Shown here one piece after another: positions 17,938 to 27,095 of a stretch of DNA of 64,000 nt. Source of the stretch: Vulcanimicrobiota bacterium (GTDB lineage Bacteria; Vulcanimicrobiota; Vulcanimicrobiia; Vulcanimicrobiales; Vulcanimicrobiaceae). The stretch is from positions 2,752,001 to 2,816,000 of the forward strand of contig OY968762.1 in the NCBI GenBank assembly GCA_963695225.1, read 5' to 3'. The position numbers and the translations under genes are program-made. The notes beneath the pieces are model-generated. The model was not told the origin of the DNA. It did not search any database and saw only the letters and a program-made list of their open reading frames with translations. Each line of letters opens with the position of its first letter. The stretch's first letter is position 1.

Positions 17938-19248
17938 TTAGCCGTGGATCGTCTGGTAGACGGAGAGCAGCGTGATCGCCCCGACCAGGACCGCCGTCGT
18001 CCATGCGATCGCGTTGAAGACGCGGCCGTTGCGGTAGCTTCCCATCAGCGATTCCTTGTTGATGAGAATCAGCATGAAGACGAGCAAGAACGGCAGCAGA
18101 ATCCCGGAGAGGATCTGCGAGAAGATGATCAGGTTGAGCAGCAATTCCTTGTGGACGATCAGCACCGAGAGCGCCCCGATCGCGATGACCGTCGCGTAGA
18201 GCCCGAAGAAGACGGGCGCCTCACTGATGCGCTTGTCGACGCCGCTCTCGAAGCCGAATGCTTCGCAGACGAAATACGAGGTCGAAAGCGGGAGGATCGA
18301 GGCTGTGAAGATCCCCGCGTTGAGGATGCCGATGGCGAAGAGGATCGCCGCGTATTGGCCTGCGAGCGGCGCGAGCGCGCGCGCGGCATCGGCAGCCTCA
18401 TTGATGGCGATCGGCGCGAGGTTCGGGTGCATCGCGTTGAAGACGAAGATCGTGGCCGCCGCCGTCAGGATCATGAAGAACGACATGAAGTCCGTGACCA
18501 AGCAGCCGAATATCACGTCGATCCGCGAAAGCGCGTAGTCCCGCGCCCGGATCCCCTTCTCGACGATCGAAGCCTGAATGTAGAAGCACATCCACGGCGA
18601 GATCGTCGTCCCGATCAGCGCGATGATCATCCAGAGATAATCCGGGTTCGATTGAACGGTTGGGATCAGGAAGCCGTGCCAGACGTCGCTCCACTTGGGC
18701 TGGGCCCGAAAGCCGGAGATCACGTACGTGAAATAGATCGCCGAGGCGCCGAGGAAGACGCGCTCCGTCGTCTTGCGATCGCCCTTCCAGACGAGGAAGA
18801 AGACGGCGGCCGCGACGAGCGGGACCGCGATGAAGCGGGAGACGTGGAAGATTTCCGCGGCCGTCGCGACGCCCGCGAACTCGGCGGCCGTCGTGAAGAT
18901 GTTCGAACCGACGAACGCGAGCATCAGCGCGAACGTCCAGCGCACGCCGAAATTCTCGCGGATCAAGCCGGCGAGGCCCTTTCCCGTGACGGCGCCCATC
19001 CGGGCGGCCATCTCCTGCACGACGATCAATGCGATCGTGATCGGGATCAGCGTCCAGAGAATCGGGTAGCCGAACTTCGCGCCCGCCTGCGAATACGTCG
19101 CGATCCCGCCGACGTCGTTGTCGGCGCTGGCCGTGATGATCCCGGGCCCCAAGATGCTCAAGAAGAGCAGCAACTTCGTGCGCAATCCGCCGAGGCGGCG
19201 CGCGGGCGCCGGGCTCGCGCTCTGCGGCAGCGCGTTATCCTGCTGCAC
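17938..19248 (-). CDS. NRAMP-family divalent cation transporter, Mg2+-type clade
   Basis: LGPGIITASADNDVGGIATYSQAG (not DPGN), QEMAARMGAVTGKG, IGTTISPW; ~11 TM. Confidence 0.88.
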   Translation of the reverse strand: MQQDNALPQSASPAPARRLGGLRTKLLLFLSILGPGIITASADNDVGGIATYSQAGAKFGYPILWTLIPITIALIVVQEMAARMGAVTGKGLAGLIRENFGVRWTFALMLAFVGSNIFTTAAEFAGVATAAEIFHVSRFIAVPLVAAAVFFLVWKGDRKTTERVFLGASAIYFTYVISGFRAQPKWSDVWHGFLIPTVQSNPDYLWMIIALIGTTISPWMCFYIQASIVEKGIRARDYALSRIDVIFGCLVTDFMSFFMILTAAATIFVFNAMHPNLAPIAINEAADAARALAPLAGQYAAILFAIGILNAGIFTASILPLSTSYFVCEAFGFESGVDKRISEAPVFFGLYATVIAIGALSVLIVHKELLLNLIIFSQILSGILLPFLLVFMLILINKESLMGSYRNGRVFNAIAWTTAVLVGAITLLSVYQTIHG

Positions 19249-20536
19249 GTGCGATCCGTTTCGTGTGGTGGCGCGTGAAGCGCGGGAGATTTTTCGCGAC
19301 CTTCTCCGGCATGATCGCGTCGATCGCGTCGTCCACGGTCACGATTCCGAGAATCCGGCCCCCGTCGTCGAGGACGGGACAGGCGAGGATGTCGTACCGG
19401 GCGATCGTCGAGGCGACATCCTCGGCGGACGCGTCGGGCGAGACGGAGACGATCTCCGTATCCATCAGCTTGTGGATGAACGCCGTCGGGAGCGCGAGCA
19501 GGAGCGCGCGCAACGAGATCACGCCGAGCAGCTTGCGATGCTCGTCGGTCACGTAGAGGTAGTAGATGAATTCCTGTTCGGGTGCGATTTCGCGGATCTT
19601 GGCGAGCGTCGCGGCGACCGTGCGGTGCGGATAGATCCACACGTAGTCGGTCGTCATCAAGCCGCCGGCGGTATCTTCGTCGTACTGCACCAGCTCGCGC
19701 AGCTCGCCCGCCGTCTCGGGCTCCATCCTGGAGAGCAGCTCCGCCTGCTGCTCTTCGGGGAGTTCCCCGAGCAGGTCGGCGGCATCGTCGCTGTCCATCT
19801 CTTCGATGATCCCGGCCGCGCGGACGGCGCCGAGATCGTCGATGATCGAGCGCTGCGTCTCGCTGTCGAGATGCTCGAACGCGTCGGCGGCCGTCTCGTC
19901 GTCGAGCGACTGCATCACGCGCATCGCATCCTTCGCCGAGAGGTCGCTGATGATGTCGGCGAGCTCGGAGGGGTGCAGGCGCGCGAGGCGGTTCTCGGAG
20001 ACGGCGAGGTGGACTTGGTTGGGATTGGGGTCCGCGATCGGCGAGACGTTGTTCCACGCAATCAGCGAGCGGGGGACTTTGTCGACGAGCGAGGGGAGGA
20101 GACGGTGCGCACCGAGCCGGCGCAGCAATCCCGCGACGCCGATGTCGGCGGCTACGACGCGGAGCGCGCCCGCGCAGTTCGCGATCTCGAGATCGTTGAT
20201 GCGCACGACCTTCCGGCCGTCGACGTCGACGATCTGCTTGTCGAAGAGATCCGCTACGAGGTAGAGCGCTTCGGCAGCCGGGACCGGGTCCTGCGAGGGG
20301 GGCGTCCGCAACGCGATGGTGCCGCTCTCCTCGGCGACCTCGACCACGTCGGCCATCGGGACGAAGCGCGCGCCGCCCGACGTCTTGAGGACGAAGCCGT
20401 CGATCTTCGGGAACGCGTCGCCCGGGTTGCGAACGAGGAAGTCCGTCACGCGGCCGAGGGAGCGGCGCGACGTGTCGTCGGCGAGGACGGCCGTCCTCCC
20501 CACGATATCCGACAAGTATCCGTCACGAAAGCTCAT
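19235..20536 (-). CDS. MgtE cytoplasmic-domain protein (PRC-like + MgtE_N + CBS pair), no membrane domain
   Basis: DKQIVDVDGRKVVRINDL, LHPSELADI, YDEDTAGGLMTT, LGIVTVDDAID, then stop. GGAGG RBS before ATG 20536. Confidence 0.88.
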   Translation of the reverse strand: MSFRDGYLSDIVGRTAVLADDTSRRSLGRVTDFLVRNPGDAFPKIDGFVLKTSGGARFVPMADVVEVAEESGTIALRTPPSQDPVPAAEALYLVADLFDKQIVDVDGRKVVRINDLEIANCAGALRVVAADIGVAGLLRRLGAHRLLPSLVDKVPRSLIAWNNVSPIADPNPNQVHLAVSENRLARLHPSELADIISDLSAKDAMRVMQSLDDETAADAFEHLDSETQRSIIDDLGAVRAAGIIEEMDSDDAADLLGELPEEQQAELLSRMEPETAGELRELVQYDEDTAGGLMTTDYVWIYPHRTVAATLAKIREIAPEQEFIYYLYVTDEHRKLLGVISLRALLLALPTAFIHKLMDTEIVSVSPDASAEDVASTIARYDILACPVLDDGGRILGIVTVDDAIDAIMPEKVAKNLPRFTRHHTKRIARAAG

Positions 20537-20555
20537 TGCGCGCCACCTCCTCCCC

Positions 20556-20595
20556 AAAAAAATGAAAACACCGAACGCGTTGCGACCGGTGTGAA
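20556..20595 (-). terminator. Intrinsic terminator in the riboswitch expression platform
   Basis: Minus strand ACACCG..CGGTGT hairpin followed by TTTCATTTTTTT, just before the RBS. Confidence 0.75.
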
Positions 20596-20634
20596 ATTCG
20601 CTAGGAGACCAAGGTCTGAAAACGAGTATCCCAT

Positions 20635-20796
20635 CCCAGTCGCTTTGAGCTTTGGCACTGCGCACCGTAGACCCCGTGGAGTCAGCCGCTTTGAGCGCCG
20701 CCTTAGCTCGGCGGAGCCTGTTTTACCCGATTGGCGTCTCTCGACGTTTCTGGGCAGCGGCCTGTGTGTTGCGCAGACGCCTCACCTAGCGAGATG
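20635..20796 (-). ncRNA. M-box (ykoK) Mg2+ riboswitch
   Basis: Minus strand CTCGCTAGGTGAGGC..ACAGGCCGCTGCCCAGAAACGTCGAGAGACGCCAATCGGGTAAAACAGG..CCGAGCTAAGG..AGTGCCAAAGCTC matches the M-box consensus; lies upstream of Mg-transport genes. Confidence 0.93.
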
Positions 20797-20811
20797 TCTA
20801 CTGACTCCCCT

Positions 20812-20841
20812 ATAATACGCGGCGTTTCGAACGAGCGTCAA
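20812..20841 (-). promoter_or_regulatory. Sigma70-type promoter for the M-box leader
   Basis: TTGACG-N18-TATTAT, ~15 nt upstream of the aptamer. Confidence 0.65.
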
Positions 20842-20919
20842 CCCTGGGGGCGGTGCGAAGCCGAACGTCCCAAGCGAGCGCAAGATGAGCTCTCGTTCCG
20901 CTTGGCCAAAAGACTTCGC

Positions 20920-21705
20920 GTGAATCCGCTCGAATGTGCGCGCGAAGCCGCGCTGGAAGCCGGCGCGATGTTGCGAGCCCGGATCGGCGTACCGCTCGAA
21001 ATCAGCGAGAAGGGGTTGCGCGGCGATCTCGTCACCGAGGCGGATCGGGCGAGCGAGGCGCTGATCGTGAAGCGCTTGCGCGCGGCCTTCCCACGGAGCG
21101 CGATCCTGGGAGAAGAAGGGGGCCTGCTCGCCGGAAACGCGGCGGAACGGTGGATCATCGACCCGCTCGACGGGACGACGAACTACGCGCACGGGTATCC
21201 GCTGTACTGCGTTTCGATCGCGTACGAGCGCGCCGGCGCGCTCGCGTGCGGCGTCGTCTACGCCCCGGCACTCGACGAGTTGTACGTCGCCGAGGCGGGG
21301 TCGGGCGCCGCCTGCAACGGCCGCACGATCGCGGTTTCTCCGGTCGCGGCAGTCGCCGATGCGATGGTCTGCACGGGCTTCCAGCCGGCGCGTTACGAGC
21401 GCAACGGCGCGCGGTTCGCCGCGCTCTCGCGTCGCGCGCAGGCCGTCCGGCGTGACGGGGCCGCGGCGCTCGATCTCGCGTTCGTCGCAGCGGGGCGCTT
21501 CGATGCGTTCTGGGAAACGGACTTGAGCCCGTGGGACGTCGCAGCCGGCGCGCTCCTCGTGCGCGAGGCCGGAGGCTTCGTGAGCGCGATCGACGGCGGT
21601 TCGTTCGCCGTCGAAGCGCGCTCCGTGCTGGCCTCGAACGGGCGCATCCATGCCGAGATGATATCGGCGTTGGATGTCCCGCTCGAGCCGGCAGGCGGCC
21701 TATAG
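20920..21705 (+). CDS. suhB: Inositol monophosphatase family protein
   Basis: DLVTEAD, ILGEE, WIIDPLDGTTNY, WDVAAG. Probable GTG start 20920. Confidence 0.9.
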   Translation: MNPLECAREAALEAGAMLRARIGVPLEISEKGLRGDLVTEADRASEALIVKRLRAAFPRSAILGEEGGLLAGNAAERWIIDPLDGTTNYAHGYPLYCVSIAYERAGALACGVVYAPALDELYVAEAGSGAACNGRTIAVSPVAAVADAMVCTGFQPARYERNGARFAALSRRAQAVRRDGAAALDLAFVAAGRFDAFWETDLSPWDVAAGALLVREAGGFVSAIDGGSFAVEARSVLASNGRIHAEMISALDVPLEPAGGL

Positions 21706-23595
21706 GCCGAGCGTTCTCCCCGTGAAGCCGGCGGCGTCGAAGTACTTCGTCCCGCCGACTTGCTGGTAGAGCAGTTCCGTCACGAGCCCGTTCGCCGCGG
21801 GCGTCGACTGGATCGACTTCTTGACGGCTTTGGGGATCGGTCCGCCCGGCATCGTTTCAGCTGCGACGCGCCCGAGGAGCTTCCCCTTGTTCGGGATGTC
21901 GAGCCCGAGGATCGCCGCGATCGTCTTACCGACATCGGCGTTGCTGACCGGGAGATTGTCGGCGAAATGGGCCTTGAAATCGGGGCCGATCGCCGCCATG
22001 AAGTTCTTCGTATCGCTACGCCCGAAGCTTCCGTGCATTCCTTGGCCCTGTTGGAGCCCGCTGTCGGCGACTTCGACCGCGCATTTCAGGCTCTTCTCCG
22101 AACAGCCCACCGCGATCGACTTGAAGTTGACGACGATCGCGGGGAACGGCGTCAGCGCCGAGCCTTTCAGGTTGATCGAATCGAGCGGGAGCGTCCCGGG
22201 GAACGATCCGAGCGATTCATCGACGAAGAGCCCGCTGACGTAATCTTGCGCGAGCAGCGCGTCGATCACGTGCGGCGCAATGTCCTTCGCATTCGCTTGC
22301 GGGAGGTAGACGAGATCCGAGCCGCCGTTCGCCGCGACGACGACGTCGGGCTTCGTGTGATCGGCGCCGATCAAGCCGTTGCAGCGCGACGTGTGCTGGC
22401 CCGCCGTCGGATCGACGAGCGTCTCGCCCTTGTCGGGATCGGCGAGCGGCAGCTTCAACGCGGTGGCGATGTCGATCGCGAGGAAGCCGCACGGGAGATA
22501 GCCCGCCGGAACGTCCGCGAACTTGAACTTGTTCGCGGAAGGGCTCGTCGCGCTTTGTTTGGAGATCGTGGAGAAACCGTGATCGGCCGCGACGATGACG
22601 TCGGTCGTGCCGCGCAGGCCGAGCTTCGTCAGTGTCGCGAGGAGCCCGGCGAGGTCGTCGTCCGCGTTCTTGATCGAGGCGAGGGAGGTAGGCCCGTTGA
22701 TGCCGGGCAGGAACTGGTTGAGGCTATCACCCTGGTTGTGCTGCGTTCCGTCGGGGTCGCGCGACCAGAAGACGAACACGAACGGCTTCTTGCGATCCTT
22801 GAATTGCGGCAGGATCACTTTCGTCGCGGCGTCGAGGAAATACGACTGTTGCACGGTGTTCGCTTGGAGCGTGCCGGGGGTCTTGAAGTCGCCGGCTTTG
22901 CCGTTCTCGCCGCGCGGGGGAGTCTTGACGTCGAGGCCGGCGCTCTGCAGCGCTGCTGCAATCGCCGGGTCGAGCGGGATTCCGGCGGGCGAGCCCGTCG
23001 AGTCGTCGATCACGATCGTCTGCGCGCCGGTCCGTTCGGTGGGATCGAAGATCAGCGCCGGGCCGAGCTTGCCGACGGTGGCCGTGCTGTAGCCTGCGGC
23101 GCGCGCTGCCGCGAGGATCGTCGTCTCGTCGAGGTAGTTCCCCGCGAAATGTTCGTCGACGTCGCCCAGCACCGGGTCGCTCTCCAGGAACGGCGTCACG
23201 CTGTTGCCGGCGCCGGGGACCGGGAAGCCCGAGTAGATCGTGTTGCTGAAATCGCCCGTGTCGCCGAGATAGTGCCCGGTCGCCATCGCGGAGGCGTTCG
23301 GCGTCGTGAACGTCGGGAAGAGCGAATGGCTGTTCGGGAAGCTCACGCCGAACCGTTGCACGCGGTCCATCGTCGGTGCGGTCGTCGCATCGACCATCAC
23401 CGCGCGCAGGCCGTCGGGGATGAAGAGGATGACGTTGTGGGGCGCGCGCGCGGCGTGCGGCGCGGCCGAGGGTTTGGCCGCGGGCTTGGGCGCGGGCGAG
23501 GTTGCGGCGAGCCCGGCGCACGGGACCGCCGTCGCGAGGGCGGCGCAGGCCGCCACGATCGCGAGCGAATGAGCATAAAGACGCATCGAGCGCAC
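21700..23595 (-). CDS. Secreted alkaline phosphatase superfamily (nucleotide pyrophosphatase/phosphodiesterase) protein
   Basis: Signal peptide; FIPDGLR, FPTFTTPN (Thr nucleophile), DPDGTQH, ADHGF, GMHG. Confidence 0.88.
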   Translation of the reverse strand: MRSMRLYAHSLAIVAACAALATAVPCAGLAATSPAPKPAAKPSAAPHAARAPHNVILFIPDGLRAVMVDATTAPTMDRVQRFGVSFPNSHSLFPTFTTPNASAMATGHYLGDTGDFSNTIYSGFPVPGAGNSVTPFLESDPVLGDVDEHFAGNYLDETTILAAARAAGYSTATVGKLGPALIFDPTERTGAQTIVIDDSTGSPAGIPLDPAIAAALQSAGLDVKTPPRGENGKAGDFKTPGTLQANTVQQSYFLDAATKVILPQFKDRKKPFVFVFWSRDPDGTQHNQGDSLNQFLPGINGPTSLASIKNADDDLAGLLATLTKLGLRGTTDVIVAADHGFSTISKQSATSPSANKFKFADVPAGYLPCGFLAIDIATALKLPLADPDKGETLVDPTAGQHTSRCNGLIGADHTKPDVVVAANGGSDLVYLPQANAKDIAPHVIDALLAQDYVSGLFVDESLGSFPGTLPLDSINLKGSALTPFPAIVVNFKSIAVGCSEKSLKCAVEVADSGLQQGQGMHGSFGRSDTKNFMAAIGPDFKAHFADNLPVSNADVGKTIAAILGLDIPNKGKLLGRVAAETMPGGPIPKAVKKSIQSTPAANGLVTELLYQQVGGTKYFDAAGFTGRTLGL

Positions 23596-23726
23596 GTAAC
23601 TCCGAACGGAAAGAAGAGAGCCTCCCCTCCTCGTAGCACGCCGAGCTTAAGATCGAGTTAAGCGGTCCCTGCCACGGATCGGAGAGTTATGCGAGCTTCC
23701 ACGAACGCGCTCGCGCCGGCTCCTCC

Positions 23727-24482
23727 TCAATCCATCAGCAAGCCGCCGTTCACGTTGAGCACTTCTCCGTGCACGAACGACGCATGCGGTGAAAGGAGCC
23801 ACGCGATGGCCTCGGCGATCTCCGCGGGATCGCCCGAACGTCCGAGCGGAACCATCGCTTCGATCCGGCTGCGCTTGGCCGCGTCGCGAAACGCTTCCGC
23901 TACCAACGGCGTCTGCACGGGGCCGGGGCTTACCGCATTGACGGCGATGCCGCGCCCCGCCAACTCGCGGGCCGCACTCCGGGTCAGCGCGATCACGGCG
24001 CCTTTGCTCGCGGCGTACGCGGCCGTGCCGGTCAGGTCGCCTCCGCGTTGCCCCGCGACGCTTGCGACCGTGCAGATGCGGGCGCCGGGCCGCATGTACT
24101 TCGCGGCCTCGCGGATGCAGAGGAACGTTCCGATGACGTTGACGTCGTAGATGCGCCGCCACGTGACCGGCGCCAACTCGAAGAACGGCGTCGTGTCGAT
24201 CGTGCCCGCCGACGTCGCGAGGCCGTCGAGGCGCCCGCCGAGGGCCGCAGCGGCCCGCTCGAACATCGCTCCGACGGACGCTTCGTTCGAGACGTCGACG
24301 GCGAACGCGTGCCCGCCGATCGCGTCGGCGACGGCGCGCGCGCCGACTTCGTCGCGGTCCGCGACGGCGACGAGGAAGCCTTCCCGCGCGAGGACCTCGC
24401 ACGTAGCCTTCCCGATCCCGCTCGCGCCCCCGGTGACGACCGCGGTCGTCCTAGGCCGGTCCACCGGATCTGCCGCCATCAT
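23727..24482 (-). CDS. SDR family oxidoreductase
   Basis: TGGASGIG, YAASK, NAVSPG, VNGG. Confidence 0.92.
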   Translation of the reverse strand: MMAADPVDRPRTTAVVTGGASGIGKATCEVLAREGFLVAVADRDEVGARAVADAIGGHAFAVDVSNEASVGAMFERAAAALGGRLDGLATSAGTIDTTPFFELAPVTWRRIYDVNVIGTFLCIREAAKYMRPGARICTVASVAGQRGGDLTGTAAYAASKGAVIALTRSAARELAGRGIAVNAVSPGPVQTPLVAEAFRDAAKRSRIEAMVPLGRSGDPAEIAEAIAWLLSPHASFVHGEVLNVNGGLLMD

Positions 24483-24660
24483 CGTGCCGAAACCTCGCCC
24501 TCTGTGAGCCGCGTGTGGGGTCTTGGTTCGGGGCCGGCCCGCCAATTCTTCGAGCGGGGCGATCGAGTCTGGGGGTTCGACGGAGAGTTCGGCGAACGCC
24601 AATCCGACGACGCGCTACGACATCGGTAGCAACGTATCGCCTAGCTGTGAGAGGTGTTCA

Positions 24661-24675
24661 TGAAAACGGTTTTCG
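24661..24675. promoter_or_regulatory. Palindromic operator (LacI-like) upstream of glpX
   Basis: TGAAAAC-G-GTTTTC next to a -10-like TAGCAT. Confidence 0.4.
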
Positions 24676-24688
24676 GGTAGCATAGCGA

Positions 24689-25711
24689 ATGATGAAACGA
24701 AGAATCGACGCGCGAATCGAGTTCGAATTCTTGCGCGCAACGGAAGCGGCAGCAGTGGTCTCGGGCCGGCAAGTCGGCCTTGGAGATAAGAACGGCGTCG
24801 ACCAGGCGGCGGTCGACGCGATGCGGGCGGTGCTCGGCGACGTCGATATCGACGGGCTCGTCGTCATCGGCGAAGGCGAAAAAGACGAAGCTCCGATGCT
24901 CTACATCGGCGAACAACTCGGGACCGGCGACGGCCCGAGCATGGACGTCGCCGTCGATCCGATCGACGGTACGACGTTGGCGTCGAAGGGCGGCCCCGGC
25001 GCGATCTCGGTCGTCGCGGCGGCCGAACGCGGTTCGCTCTTTCGGACGCGCGTCGCCTACATGGACAAGATCGTCGTCGGCCCGCAGGGGCGCGGCGTCA
25101 TCTCGCTCGACGCAACGGTCGAAGAGAATCTGCGCGCGCTCGCGAAGGCGATGCGCCGCCCCGTCACCGAGATCACGGTGGCGTTGCTCGAACGGCCGCG
25201 CAACGAGGAGAAGGTGCGCCAAATTCGAGAATTAGGCGCGCGCGTCCGGCTCTTCTCCGACGGCGACGTCGCGAAGGGCATCATCGCGGTGCAGGAAGAG
25301 CGCGGCCGCGTCGACATGCTGATGGGCATCGGCGGCGCGCCGGAAGGAGTCGTGACGGCGTGTGCCGTCAAGTGTCTCGGCGGCGACATGCAGGCTCGCC
25401 TGTGGTTGCGCGAAGGGCACGGCGAAGAAGAGCTGTGCCGCCAGGAAGGCATCGATCCGAACAAACTCCTCACGCTCGACGATCTCTGTGCCTCCGATCT
25501 CGCGATCCTCGCGGCGACCGGCGTGACGGACGGCGAAATGCTCGAAGGGGTCACGTACGTGCGAGGCAGCGCGTACACTCAGTCGTTGCTCATCTCGTCG
25601 CTGACGAACACCGTGCGCACCGTCGTATCGAAACACGATCTCAACGCGCTGTCGCATCTCCCGACCTTGAACGGTCAATCCAAGAAAGGGACGAAGGAAT
25701 CTCAGTCATGA
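24689..25711 (+). CDS. glpX: Class II fructose-1,6-bisphosphatase
   Basis: RATEAAA, VIGEGEKDEAPML, AVDPIDGT, DGDV, GIGGAPEGV, ATGVTDG. Confidence 0.95.
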   Translation: MMKRRIDARIEFEFLRATEAAAVVSGRQVGLGDKNGVDQAAVDAMRAVLGDVDIDGLVVIGEGEKDEAPMLYIGEQLGTGDGPSMDVAVDPIDGTTLASKGGPGAISVVAAAERGSLFRTRVAYMDKIVVGPQGRGVISLDATVEENLRALAKAMRRPVTEITVALLERPRNEEKVRQIRELGARVRLFSDGDVAKGIIAVQEERGRVDMLMGIGGAPEGVVTACAVKCLGGDMQARLWLREGHGEEELCRQEGIDPNKLLTLDDLCASDLAILAATGVTDGEMLEGVTYVRGSAYTQSLLISSLTNTVRTVVSKHDLNALSHLPTLNGQSKKGTKESQS

Positions 25712-26730
25712 GCAACGACCTCACCGCGATCGCGAAAGCGATGGTCGCTCCCGGGCGCGGCATTCTCGCCGCAGACGAAAGCACCGGCACGTGCCACAAG
25801 CGCTTTGCAAAACTCGGCATCCCGCTAACCGTCGAGGCGCGCCAGGCCTATCGCGAGATGCTGTTCACGACGCACGATCTCGGCAAAGCGATCAGCGGCG
25901 TTATCCTTTACGACGAGACGATTCGTCAATCCAAGAAAGACGGAACGCCGTTCACGAAGGTCCTGGAAGATCAGGGGATCCTCCCCGGCATCAAAGTCGA
26001 CAAGGGGCCGGTCAAGCTCCCGTTCACGCAAGGTGAAAAGATCACCGAGGGGCTGGACGGCCTCGCGGCGCGCATCGACGAGTACGTGCAACTCGGGGCG
26101 AAGTTCGCGAAATGGCGGGCCGTGATCGATATCGGCGCGGGGATTCCGAGCGACCGCGCGATCCACGCGAACGCGCAGGCCCTTGCCCGCTATGCGGCGC
26201 TTTGCCAGGCCGGCGGCCTCGTGCCGATCGTCGAGCCGGAAGTCCTCATGGACGGAGATCATACGCTCGAACGGAGCCGCGAGGTCCACGAACACGTCTT
26301 GCGCGTAACGTTCGAGGAACTCGCGCACGCGGGCGTCGTGCTTGAAAAGATGGTGCTCAAGCCGAGCATGGCGATCTCGGGCGCTTCCGCCCCCGTGCAA
26401 GCATCCGTCGCGGAGGTCGCTGCCGCGACGCTCGAGACGCTGTTGCGCACGGTTCCGGCCGCGGTTCCGGGGATCGCGTTCCTCTCCGGCGGGCAGAGCG
26501 ACGAACTCGCCGCCGCGCACCTCAGCCAAATGAACGTCCTCGCGGCCGGCCGTGCCCCGTGGGCGCTCACGTTCTCCTACGGACGCGCCCTGCACCAGGC
26601 CGCGATGAACGCATGGAAGGGCAGCGAGGCGAACTGGGCCGCGGGGCAAGCGGCGCTCGCGAGGCGCGCCCGCTGCAACAGCGCGGCCGCGTTGGGCCGG
26701 TACGACGTCGCGATGGAAACCGCAGCCTAA
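25708..26730 (+). CDS. Class I fructose-bisphosphate aldolase
   Basis: GILAADES, GIKVDKG, AKWRAV, VPIVEPEV, LKPSM, FLSGGQS, FSYGRAL; ATGA overlap with glpX. Confidence 0.95.
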   Translation: MSNDLTAIAKAMVAPGRGILAADESTGTCHKRFAKLGIPLTVEARQAYREMLFTTHDLGKAISGVILYDETIRQSKKDGTPFTKVLEDQGILPGIKVDKGPVKLPFTQGEKITEGLDGLAARIDEYVQLGAKFAKWRAVIDIGAGIPSDRAIHANAQALARYAALCQAGGLVPIVEPEVLMDGDHTLERSREVHEHVLRVTFEELAHAGVVLEKMVLKPSMAISGASAPVQASVAEVAAATLETLLRTVPAAVPGIAFLSGGQSDELAAAHLSQMNVLAAGRAPWALTFSYGRALHQAAMNAWKGSEANWAAGQAALARRARCNSAAALGRYDVAMETAA

Positions 26731-26800
26731 CCCTTCGACAAGCTCGGGGTGACGGGGTTTTCCGTGTCACCCTGAGCGGAGCGGGCGAAGCTCAACTCGC
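26731..26800. repeat. REP-like palindromic element, possible terminator after fba
   Basis: CCCTTCGACAAGCTCGGGGTGAC..GTCACCCTGAGC hairpin (26742-26753 / 26766-26777); partial copy at 12805. Confidence 0.6.
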
Positions 26801-26834
26801 TTCCATGTGGCCCTCCGGGCCACGGGTCGCGCCG

Positions 26835-26945
26835 TTAGCGGTGCCGGTCGCTGCGGGTGGTGCGATAGGCGAGATGCTGCTCGTAGGGCGCGGCGATCGC
26901 GGCGGCGGCGAAGATGATGAAGAGATCGAGCAGGAGTTGCGGCAT
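26835..26945 (-). CDS. Possible 36-aa membrane peptide or gene remnant
   Basis: ATG with GAGG upstream: MPQLLLDLFIIFAAAAIAAPYEQHLAYRTTRSDRHR*. Not in the ORF track. Confidence 0.3.
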   Translation of the reverse strand: MPQLLLDLFIIFAAAAIAAPYEQHLAYRTTRSDRHR

Positions 26946-27095
26946 GATAGAGCCTCGCTTCGTGGTCTCAAATAGATGGCGGCGGCGCGTCTAAACGCAC
27001 CGTGCGGAAATGGTTCCTATGAGGATATCGGGGAGCGCGCGCTTGCTTCCCACCCCATTTTCCGACTCTTAACAGAGAGCAACGTGGGCAAATGA

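Noticed and set aside
24646..24661. CRP-like TGTGA-N6 site
   Set aside because: Second half-site is out of register.
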